Positions 35,814-47,700 of a stretch of DNA of 64,000 nt are shown here, in pieces. Made by a program: the position numbers and the translations under genes. A model generated the notes under the pieces. It was not told the origin of the DNA, did no database searches, and saw only the letters and a list, made by a program, of their open reading frames with translations. The DNA lies in NCBI RefSeq assembly GCF_964213995.1, contig NW_027590452.1, positions 62,001 through 126,000 on the forward strand, read 5' to 3'. The DNA is from Mustelus asterias (taxonomy: Eukaryota). The first letter of the stretch is position 1; every line of letters starts with the position of its first letter.

Positions 35814-38044
35814 GTGGGTCTGGTCTGAGGGACAGAAACATCTCTCCCGGAGCTGATCTGAATCTCCAGCCCTGAGTTTGTGGGAATTTACAACTGATCA
35901 GAAACTGGTTTAACCTGTAAACTGATTTGATGGCGGATCTGCCGGTCTGATCGGATTCTGCAGTTAATTTTCTCAGTCATGGCTGGAAAATAAATGGGTG
36001 AATGTTGAGTCCGAGGTTAATGTGGTTCCCGCTGGGTGTGTGTTTTATGCGGCTGAGAACAGCACTGCTCACAGTGGCTGTATCTATCCAGATTCTAGCC
36101 TTTGTCTAACATCAAGTGTAATTTGCTAATCCTGCACTTGATAGAAATCAATAAGGTTACATCGAGGTTTCTTTTGAATCAATTTTTAAAAAAACGCCAT
36201 CTGGGCCTTTTTCTAAGATGAAGCTCAGGTCAAGCACTGGAAGGAATATAATACCTGCTCCAATCAGCTAGGATGTTGTTAATCAAGCCCAAGGCTGGAA
36301 GAATGGGCCCTGTGTTGTCAGCTTCGATCTGCAATGTCTCTCTTGCAGCGACCTTTGAGTGGACCAATTCGGTTTTTGATTGGATATAACTAAAACAGAA
36401 AGCAGGCATCTCGGTCTTTGGGCTCGAATCAAGCATCAAATCGAGTCCAAGATCAGGTGCGATGCTCTTTCATGTCAGCTTGGATTTTTTGCGAGGACCA
36501 TGAATTAGATTCAATTTGAATTGGTTTTGGGGGCAATTAGGAGATGGATTCTGGCTTGGCCAGTCCGCTCTCTGCATTGGCTTTGCAACGTTAAGCAATT
36601 ACTATTTTACAATCCGACAGACAGGAGCTCCCGAACACAATGCAAAGTGCGGGGTTGGATTGGTTTCCATCATAAATTCCGTAAGTGAGTCCTTATTCTG
36701 ATCAACTCTTCAGAGTCCAATTTCTCCAGCTGGAGATGGAGAGAGGTTTGGCTGCCTGACCGGTGCTGTTGCTGTTGTTTGTTTCACGATTGTCTGCAAA
36801 CATGAGTAAGACTCCCTGCGAGCGCAGTTCAATATCATAAAGCTGATATTGATCAGTGAGTTCCAGAATAAAACAAAGACAATCCTTGCAATGTCATAGT
36901 TGAAACTTGTAAAAAAAACTACTTCTGTTTCTGTCTCATCATTTGAGGACAATCAGTAAGTGACATAATTTCCATGACTCAGATCTGAAATACATGTTCA
37001 AACCCGAACAATCATATCGGAGTGTGTTTAAACTTTAGGTTGAAATCACGATTGGGAAATTACTTTAAATGTGTTTATTCCACAATTGCCTATCTGAAGT
37101 TCCCCCTCCCCACCCCGTCTCAACCGAGGCAGACCGAGGGCCGGGTAACTGCAGAATACCCTCGGCCTGAGTAACTGTGTGCCAACCTGAAAAATAACGG
37201 CACACAGTAAACTCTGACACATGTATATAGTTTTAAGAAATGAAATGTAACAAAATGTAATGTTTTTGTAAATGAGCACGGTATTGTACTGTAAAAATGA
37301 TTCTTTTTTGCACTGTTTATGACCTTTGGATCTGTCATTTTGCAATGTTTTATTGGAGAGTTTATTTTTTGTGAATAAAGTATATTTTTGAAATAAAAAA
37401 AACATGTGTCGCAGTGGTGTTTTTAGCCCTGAAGCTGGAGACCTGGCTTTCAGTGAGCAGAAATATCCCAAGCTGAGATATAATCAGTGTGCTTGTGAGG
37501 AAAATCGCTACATTGTTGGGGGCCAGGGGTGGGAATGAAGTCGCTGGTCTGATTATTGTAACAGAGAAACACTGGGTTGTGAATTGTGTCAGAAAACATT
37601 TGACAGACATTCAAAATGAGAATGAACATTGATGGCAACCTGTTCTCAGTGATTGTTTTAAATAGCACAATGACAACCTTGCGAAATGTATATGCCAATA
37701 TAAGCTGTCCCTTAGGCAGCAAAATACTCTGATCAGATAGACCCTTTGATCAAAGAGACCTTGAAAAGGAGAGTGAAGATGGGGAAAGTGCTGCACAATA
37801 ATTCACACAGGCAAGAAAATGTCATCAAAGGTTGAAGCGTGAGTTAAGGAACTGTAAATGTATTTTTAGTATAGTAGCAAGTTAAAAACTCAACTGTGGC
37901 TCAGCTGTTCGTGTTGAGTGTTGTGTTTTGTTTTGATATTTTGTTTATGACCCTGTGACTATCACTGTCGAGACAAAGTAATTATTTCTGTTTATCAGTG
38001 TGGGAGCGCCCTCTGCTGATCACTAACCGGAACTCCCAGTCTGG

Positions 38045-38082
38045 GGTTTTTGTGCGGGGTTCGCTCCATCTGTACCAGTGTG
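38045..38082 (-). other. RSS of V9 (22-nt spacer)
   Basis: CACACTG, 22 nt, ACAAAAACC. Confidence 0.88.
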
Positions 38083-38625
38083 GGCTCCATGGCACAGAAA
38101 TACACGGCGCTGTCGGACAGAACAGCTCTGGCGATATTTAAAGGAACAGTATTGTTTCCTTTGTGTAAAGCAGCCGAGAATCTATCTGAGAAATCCGGAG
38201 ACTGATCGGTATTGCCCGAGCGATATATCTTCATCAAATATCTCAGAGATTGCCCGGGATACTGGATGCACCAGAACACAGCTTGAAAAGCAGCTGTCGA
38301 GTATTTACAGTCCAGTGTTATGTTCTGTCCTTCCAGAACCGATAATTCAGATCGATCTTGAAACACTGAATCTTCAGCATTTGCCCCTGTAACAAAACAC
38401 AGAAGGTAATCAATATCTGGGAGGGAAGAGAGCCCATGGGACAGACACTGATCATTTAAACACTGGCTCAAAAAAGAAAATGCTCGAAATTTTCAGTAGA
38501 TCTGACAACATCTGTGAGAGGAAGAACAAAGATAAAGTTTCACGTCAGGATGACACTTTGTCAGAGTTTATTGACTCACCGGGCAGCAAGACCATTATTA
38601 TCAGCAAACAAAATAAGGAGCACAT
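38083..38625 (-). CDS. TCR alpha/delta-type V segment (V9), V2-related family, potentially functional
   Basis: Leader 38580-38625 (MCSLFCLLIIMVLLP) and V exon 38083-38386 (DSVFQD...LDCKYS...VFWCIQYPG...SPDFSDRFSA...SDSAVYFCAMEP). Confidence 0.9.
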
Positions 38626-40719
38626 GGTGTCTGGTTTCGGGTTCGGCAGAAATGAAGCAGTATTTGAAATGTGTTGACATTTCTGTTCTGATATTCAAGC
38701 GGAAATTCACATCAGCGGAAACGTAATTTACTCAGAAATTATGGGGCGTTTCCCAGCGACAGGATTGGCCGCTTTCTCAGGATTGATGATCGTCGAACAT
38801 CAATCAGCCTTGGCTCGACTAATAAGTTCTGAGTTTCTCTTTCTCCCTGTCTTTCTCGGGTTCTCCGGCTCTCTCTTCGTTTGTGGCCTCTCTATCTCGC
38901 TCTGTTATTCCGCCTCTGTTTGTCTAACCCCCATTGCTCTGCTTCTGACCGTCTCTGTCTTCACACTGGCTCCACGTTCTTATCTTTCTCCCCTTCTCCC
39001 TAAAATTCAGAGTTCAGACAATCCGATTTCCCTCACTCTCCTATTTCAATGAATCCACTAAGTTACTCATTCTTTTGGTGCAACAAATGTAGAAAACGTT
39101 AATAACCAGAAGTTACGAGGTAACATTATGATGGAAATATTTAAATGTAAATAACTAAAGAAGATAGGAGATGAATGTGAATCCAGGGTCATATTTACAT
39201 CCTGTGTTGTTATTTTAGGAAAGGCATCTTATCGGAAACTTGAGGGCTTCATATTGTTTAGAATGAGTTTTATAACCACTATTAATTAAATAAAGCGAAT
39301 CGCCAGCAATTAAAATAACGATGTTATTATCTCTCATGTATACGTTCAACTGTGTTCAATTGCATTGGAATAGTAAAAGGATGAACAAGAATAATGCAAC
39401 ATAATCACCAATTGTAACGACCTTCTGTAATTTGAGAATTTGATGATTTTGCAGGAAACGACCAGTTACCTCAGATTGCCGCCAGATGGCGGTGCCTCAC
39501 CATGTTTGTGTGTTTACTGCAGCGGGTCCGGGAAGCTTTACGAGGCGGTATTGCTGCTGGTCTGGTTTCCTCGGGCATCCAGAAGCTCTCCGAAATAATC
39601 CTGTCGGTATCATGTACTATGTTATATTATGTTGTGTTAAGGAATGAAGGTAAACGAATGGAAAGACAGTGGGTGAACTCGAGGCTGAGATCGTGATAGA
39701 AGTCAAGGCACAGATTAGGAGGAACAGATGGAGTTACAGGGATATAAACACGAGGATCTTCATTATCTTCATTCCTTAGCTTGAAGCTTTCTGTGTTGCT
39801 GCATTTATTCCCCTCACGGGATCAACATCTAAATCCACTGTTGTACAAATCGTGTATTGTTTTATTTACAATCGCAACCCCCTGAAATCTACCGCGGAGG
39901 ACGAAGAGTTCAGCGTCACCAGGTCACGCACAATGAGATTAGTGTTCTTGAGAAACCGCCACAAAAAATAAATAACATTCAATCTGAGCGTGTGAGGCCG
40001 ATCAAATAAAACCGCAGACAGCTGAGGACTTTGGATCTGCATTCGATGGAGTTTAGAGAGATGAGGGGGGAATCTCATTGAAAAATACAGCAGACTGAAA
40101 ATCCTGGACAGAGTGGATGTGGAGAAGATATTTCCATTAGTAGGAGAATCTAGCACACGGCACACAACCCCAGAATAGAGGGACGACACTAGAGAACCGA
40201 TTGGACTTTAATGTCTCTTTCCCAGGTGACTGTTTGTGTGCCAGGCAACAATCTTATGTCTATCCATCTGTATATGGGTACACATGAGATGGGACTTAAC
40301 AGATATTCAACCACCACCCCATCAACATCCTGGGAGTTGACAGAAAACTGAACTGGTCCCCTGGGCATTGNNNNNNNNNNNNNNNNNNNNNNNNNNNNNN
40401 NNNNNNNNNNNNNNNNNNNNNNNNNNNNNNNNNNNNNNNNNNNNNNNNNNNNNNNNNNNNNNNNNNNNNNNNNNNNNNNNNNNNNNNNNNNNNNNNNNNN
40501 NNNNNNNNNNNNNNNNNNNNNNNNNNNNNNNNNNNNNNNNNNNNNNNNNNNNNNNNNNNNNNNNNNNNNNNNCCCCCCCCCGAGCTGTCCCCCCCTCTCA
40601 GACCCGCCCTGACCAATTCCTCTGAGACCCTCCAGTCCCACCAGGATTTCACCCCCCCTCCCCCCAAATCCCAGCCCTATCCATAGGGGCCCCATCCCAG
40701 CTCCTGAACTCCTGTCCCC

Positions 40720-41075
40720 AAACCCCACCCCCACCGACAGACCCAAACCCCACCCCCACCGACAGACCCAAACCCCACCCCCACCGACAGACCCAAACCC
40801 CACCCCCACCGACAGACCCAAACCCCACCCCCACCGACAGACCCAAACCCCACCCCCACCGACAGACCCAAACCCCACCCCCACCGACAGACCCAGCCCC
40901 CACCGACAGACCCGAACCCCACACCCACCCCCACCGACAGACCCGAACCCCACCCCCACCGACAGACCCGAACCCCACCCCCACCGACAGACCCGAACCC
41001 CACCCCCACCGACAGACCCGAACCCCACCCCCACCGACAGACCCGAACCCCACACCCACCGACAGACCCAACCCC
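40720..41075. repeat. 25-bp minisatellite (AAACCCCACCCCCACCGACAGACCC), followed by C-rich low-complexity DNA
   Basis: About 14 tandem copies directly visible, next to an assembly gap (40371-40571). Confidence 0.92.
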
Positions 41076-44000
41076 CACTGAGCCTAATCCCCCCCGACTC
41101 CTGAACCCACTCCCAATCCTAAACCTGCCGCACTCAATCTCTCACCCCCAAATTCCCCTCTCCCCTCCAGGTTCCCCACCCCCCAAAACCCCCTTTAAAT
41201 CCCCACTGCCCAAACCCACTCTCAGTCCCTCCACTTAAACCCCTCTGAACCTCCCCTCTGCCCAATCTCTCTCTGCCCCTCCTCCCGATCCTCTGCCCCT
41301 CCCCCTGATCCTCTCTGCCCAATCTTCTCCAATCCCACTCTAATCACCCCCCCACTCACTCTCTCTCAGGAACTCACCGCCAAAGCCCTCTGAGCCCCTC
41401 CCAATCCTTCTCAACCCCCCGCCCTCAATCTCCACTAATTCCCCCCCCAAAACTCCTCTTTCCCCCACCTGATTCCCTGTCCCTCTGCCCCATCTCCTTT
41501 CATCCGACTCTGTAAGCACCCCCTCCCCCCGCTCAATCTCTCTGACACCCACTGCCAATCTGACTCTCAGCCCCCTGAATCCTCCAAGTTCCTGCCCCAA
41601 TTCCTCACCCCCCCCCAAAGGCTCCCTTTGCCCCCCCTGCCAAACTCAAGCCCCCCCTGACGCCTGCACCCAATCCTTCCTCAGTCCTCCCCACCCCTGT
41701 ATCCCTCTGAGTCACCCCCCCGCTCCGAATCGCTCGGCACCCCCCCAATTCTAACCCTGATGCAAGGCCACACCCTAAATCCCTCTCTGAATTTCCCCCC
41801 TCCCAAATCCCTATGAATCCACCCCGCCCTCAATCCCTTTCCCTCCACCCCAAATCGCCCCTCCCGCTAACCCCCTCTCTGACTCCCTACCCCATCCAGA
41901 CCCTCCCCAGATTCTAAGCCCCTGAGATTCCTCTAGAATCTCCCCTGAATGTCTCCCGAGATCGCACCCACCCTCGCCACATTCCTCTGCCCCCGAATCC
42001 TGCTCCCTCTCCAATCCCACCCCTTCAATCTGTCTGAGCACCAAACCATGTCTTTTAATCCCCGTAAGCCCCCCAATCCCTCCTGTATCCCTCAGAACCC
42101 CAGAAATCCCCCTCTAAACCCCCCCCTTCCCGAATCCCCCTCAGTTCCCCCTGATTCCCTCCCTCTCAGTCCCGCTAAATCCCAAAGTCCCCATGAGACC
42201 CTTAAATCCCCCTGAATCCCTCTAATTCCCGACCACAATCCCTGAGTCTCTCCCTACATCCCTCTACACTCTCCTCCTTGAATCCCTGTCAATTCCCCCC
42301 CCCCCCCCCCCCCCACTCCAGCCAAATCTGTTGTCCCTCCTCACAATCCCTCTAAATCTCCTGATCCTTCCCTCTGAGCCCCGTACCCCGCTCCCCCACT
42401 GCCCAAACCATCTTCAAAGCCCCCCGGCTGAATATCCCTCTAAGTTCCCCTCTTTCCCCCCACCCCTCTCAACCTGGCAAATTCCCACTCCCTCCCTGTG
42501 AACAGCCTCTGGACTGACAGATCCCCCCCCTTCTAATTAGTAACCCCCCCCCCCCCCCCCACCACACATCTATCCCCGTCCACCACCCCCCTGTAAACAG
42601 CTCCTGGTGGAGTTGGATGTGGAAACTCTGCCCATTTTAAACATTAACGTTCAAACGACTAATTCCCCTGACACTGAGCAGCCTGTGTTATAACATCCCG
42701 CACCCCCATCCTGTACAACAGACCCCCTGTCTGATTCCCCCCCCCCCCTCAATTGCCCCCTTTCTCTGATAACCCCTGACTCTGGTCAGCCTGTGTTATA
42801 ATATTCCCCCCTCTTGTACAACAGCCTCCCCCACCAGCCCCTTCCCTCTCTGTCTAATAGCCCCTGGCTCTGAACAAGCCCCTGTATTACACACTCCCCC
42901 CTTTCAGCAGTGCTGAATCCCTCTGAATTGCCCCCGATTCCCTCCCTCTGCGTTCCTGGGCCTTTGCTGCTTGTGAACAGCAAACCCGTGATCTGGCCCG
43001 TCCCCCACGAGAGAGCAGAGAGGGAGATAAGAGGCAGAGAAGCAGAGAGATATAGAGATGGAGTTAGAGAGAATGCTACTGTAATTCAGACAGAATGATT
43101 CACAGAGAGAGGGAAGCAGAGATCAGATACAGAGAGAGATAAGAGGCAGAGAGATATAGAGATGGAGATAGGATGCGACTGTAATTCAGACATTGATTCA
43201 CAGAGAAGGGAGGGAGCAGAGATAAGAGACAGAGATATAGAGATGGAGTTAGTGAGGAATCTGCTGTGATTCAGACAATGATTCACAGAGAGAGGGAAGC
43301 AGAGAACAGATAGAGATATAGAGACAGAGGATGCTACTTTAATTCAAACAGACTGAGTCAGGGGGAGGCAGAGATAGAGAGAGGGGGAAGCAGAGAGAGA
43401 TAGAGAGAGTCAAGCAGATAGCTAGAGAGATAAGACAGAGAAGCAGAGTTAAAGTTCAAATTTTATTCGTCACAAGTAGGCTTACATTAACACTGCAATG
43501 AAGTTACTGTGAAAAGATGGAGATAGAGAGAATGCTGCTGTACTTCAGACAGAATGAGTCAGAGAGGGAGCAGAGATAGATAGAGCGAGAGAGAGATGGA
43601 GAGGAGGCTGCTGTGATTGAGATAAAATGATCCACAGAGAGGGAGAGAGAGATGTGCAGAGAGGCTGAGATACAAAGTGAGATGTCGAGATAAATAGAAA
43701 GTGGGGCTTTGGCAAGACAGTGACAAAGTTTCAGAGAGAGAGTGAAAGATAGAGAGAATGAGAGAAAAGGGAGAAAGATGCTGCCATTTTGAGAGGCTGA
43801 GGTATAAAGGATGGGGAGAGACAGGGATTGGAAAGATGTGGAGAAACAGTTCTGAGGATGGGGGAGTTGCACAGACAGAGCTTCAGGGAGAGGGATTGAA
43901 ATCTGGGATTACATTGGAGCAGGGATCACTGGGAATACCCCCTCCCCCTGACACACAGACCACTAACCCTCCGTGTAAAAGCCCCACCAGTCTATCTGTG

Positions 44001-44799
44001 AATAAAAATGAACGACCAAGACACGGGGACTTTTATTAATATTTTTCTCTCTGGTTATAGCTCTTGTCCGAGGATTCCTCACGGCAAAACTATTCGCTCT
44101 CTGCATCGCCAAAGTTTCCAAAGGAATTCTCCTTGGAAGAGAGAAAGAGAAAATAAAGTGAAATTTGATTAAACACAAAACAAAAGCTGATTATAAACAA
44201 TAAAAGGCACAGCAAGATCCCAGGACTTGCTGAAATTCACAATCTCACTGGGGGAGGTGGGGGAAACATTCATTTTCACCTCCTCATTATTAAACCCTGA
44301 CAAAATGGGAACACGTTTCAAATGCAATGAACTTCCAACTGCCTCCTGACTGTCCCGATATTGAATTTATTAAACACATCAAAGCATTCTGGGGGCTTTA
44401 CTCCAGAGACAGGCCAGTGAAAAAACACAGGAGGCCCCAATGAAGTTCCCACTTCTATCAGTCACCTCTCTCCCCTCACTCTGTTTCTCCCTCTCCGTCT
44501 CTTACACACTTCCCCCCAGATCTCTATCTGTCCAATACCCCGTCTCTGCTCCTGTCTCTGGATAACCTGTCCTGATCTCTGCTCTGTTTCTCTATCTCGA
44601 GGCGAATCTGGATTGAAATGCTCTCTCTAAGTTTCTGTCTGACCGTTTAAAATAAAACTCACAATCAAAAGGGAAATGAGAAGGGGGCGGGAGCTGGAAA
44701 ATCCACAATCCCACCCTGAAGCGGCTGCTTCACATTTTATTGAACCATTGAATTCAGCCACTTAAACCCTGTTGGGGAATTAAGCGAATGCAAAAGTGC

Positions 44800-47700
44800 T
44801 GCTGAGATTTAGGCCGTGAAGTGAGGCCTAGTCACAGAGGCTGCATTATTCCTCCGGTAGAAAGAACAAACCCCCCTCTCTCCCACCCCCCAGTTAAACA
44901 GAACAATCTTCTCCATCCACACCCACAAATCCCAGCGCCCTGTCTAAAAACACAAGCAGGACTCTGGGATTGAGAACAAGCCTTTCCCCCAGGCTCAGGA
45001 ATTTGAATTTCAGCTCCCTCTCCCTCCCGAGTGCTTCACAGTGAGAGAGAGAGAGAGACTGGGAATGCTGCAATCAGGATCCCACAGGGAGTCCCACACT
45101 GCAGGAGGACACCCCCCCCACCCCCAGAGCCTCTGTCTCTATCCCCCTACCCCCCCTCCACTGAGCCCCCCCACACTCCCCACCCATTCTCTGTTCCTCT
45201 CTCTCTACCCCACCCTCCTTCCTCTCCATCTTTTCATGTTTAAAGTGTGGGGCGCTGTCACAGTGCAGGGAATATGGGGCGGGGAGGAGGGCACAGCAAG
45301 ATCCCACACACAGTCTGAGCAGGGCTAGATACAAAGTGATTTTTAAGTGAGGATTGGGCTAAAGTGAGTGGGCAATGAGGGAACCACACTTCTCCCTCTC
45401 TCTCCCTCGCTCCCCCCCTCCATCTCTTCCCCCACCCCAAATAAAAATAATGACAAGTCACTCCAGGATTGGGGCTGTTTGTACATTCGATATGAACAGG
45501 GAACCTTCCACTTCGAGCACAGTCACACCTCTCTCTCCCATTCCCTCTGTCTCTCGCTGTTTCTTTCTCTCTGCCTGTTTCTCTGCCTCTATCTCTGAAC
45601 CTGTCCAGCCCCCTCTGTGTCTCTTTTGCTTTCCCCCCAGATCTATATATATCCAAACCCCATCTCTGCCCCGGTCTCTCCTACTCTGGATAATCTGTCC
45701 TGATCTCTGCTCTGTTTCCCCGTCTGGGGATGAATGGGGATTAAAATGCTCTCTCTGATAAGTTTCTGTCTGACCGTTTCAAATAATGACGCGTTGTGGG
45801 CCACGTTTGCTATTTCTCAGTGATTTCCATGGGGAAATGGGGAGGGAAGCTCCTCCTGCAAAGCCAGATCTCTCTCTCACTGCAATGTGGCAGCAGCCAG
45901 ATTCCAATATCTTTATATTGGGAAAAAATCTTTTCAAACACAACAGCACAGATTCAGCCTCAGTCACACAGCCGCTGGTTACAAATCCCACCTTCTGGGA
46001 GGGTGTGAGTGAGGGTCTTTTCCCCCAGAGACTGGGGAGCTGGGCTGTGAGTGCAGAGCAGAGGACCCCCCCCCCCTAACCCAGCCCCCCTCCAGTGTGT
46101 CTCCTCTCCCTGCCCCTCTGCCTTTGATCTCCCTCTGTTACCCTCCCTTTCTCTCTCCCTCCCTGATAACTCACAATCAAAGGAGAAAGATGGGAGAGAG
46201 AGATACAGCAGGAAAACCCACAATCACATCCCCAATCCGATGGATTAAAGCGGCTGCTGCTGGTTTTATTCGGCTGCCTTTCTCTCTCTCTCTCTCTCTG
46301 TCTTTCTCTCCTTCCCCCCCTCCCTGTCTTTCTCTGTCTCTGTCTGTCTTTCCCTCCCTCCCTGTCTCTCTCTTTCTCTCTCTCTGTCTTTCCCTCCCTG
46401 AAATTAAATCAAAAAAATTAACATTGGTGTTTTCCTTCACATTTGATTGAAAGGTGAAATATAGACAGGAATGTCTGGGGAGAGAGAGAGGGGAGGGGTG
46501 CAGAGATTGGGAAGAACGCTGGAGAGACAGAGACAGGGAAATTATGAACCCTCCATCCAAATAGAAATTCCTGGGAAAAGAGAGAGGAGAATCTGGAGTC
46601 ACACAGCACAGAAACAGGCCCTTCGGCCCACCAGGTCTATGCTGGCCGTCAAATCCCAATCTATACTCCCCCCATTCCCCAGCACTTGCTGCACAGCCTA
46701 CGATGCCTCGGTGATTTAAGTGCTTTAATTTACCCGACCCCCGTTTCCACTTTCTTTCCTTTGAACCCACTTTGCGGTCCGTGAGCGAGATTTTGTTTAA
46801 TAAAGTGTGGTCGCTGTTGCAGTGCGAGCAAAGGCCACAGGCCCAGTGTGTGCACAGCAAGATCCCACAACAGCAGCAGCAACAATGTGAACCTGAATCA
46901 GATGGGACACAGTCCTCCCCAACACACCCCCAACACTCTCGCCTGCTGTGAGCCCCCTTCCCCACTCACTACCCTGTGTGTGTGTGTGTCTGTGTGTGTA
47001 TCTGTCTGTGTGTTTGTGTGTGTCTCATCCCAAATTTTCAGAAAGGGTTGAACTCCCTCTTAAAACGAAGCCAAACCCTTTTTAAAACACAATCTCTGTG
47101 GTGCTCTGGAAGATCCCAGAAGGTGCAGTTCGCTGTGTTGTGTGTTTTAATTTGGGAAATGTTTATACAGAGGGAGAGTGAGGCAGAGAGGGGCTGAGGC
47201 AGTGAAATCCACCCCCCCCCCCCCTCGCCCCGGGACCCTCAGAATTGAATCATAACGTGTAGGGCCACACGGGGGCACAGTGGTTGGCGCTGCTGCCTCA
47301 CAGCTCCAGGGACCCGGGTTCAATTCCCGGCTCGGGTCACTGTGATCCTGTGTCTCTTCCCCCACCCCCTCACTGCACCTCACCCACTGCACCCCCACAA
47401 ACCTCACCTCTTGCTTTCTTTTCCAGTTTTCCCCCTCTCTCTCTCCCACTCCCTCCATCTTTCTCTCTCACTCCCTGTCTGCCTTTCTCTCTCTCTCTCC
47501 GTCCATCTTTCTCTCTCTCCCACTCCCTCCATCTTTCTCTCTCTCTCCCTCACACTGTTTCTCTCTCTCTTTATCCCTGCCTGTCTCTCTCTCTCTCACT
47601 GTCTTTCCCCCTCTTTCTCTCTCTCTCTCTCTCTGTCTTTCCCTCTCTCTCTCTTTCTCCCTCCCTCCCTGTCTTTCTCTTTCTCTCTCAGAGACTGGGA

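Noticed and set aside
36070-36110. Isolated CACAGTG heptamer (possible D or V RSS)
   Set aside because: No nonamer at 12 or 23 nt and no adjacent coding segment.
40720-41075. Regular 25-bp repeats resembling a CRISPR array, or a Gly/Val-rich CDS
   Set aside because: No unique spacers. It is a eukaryotic minisatellite.
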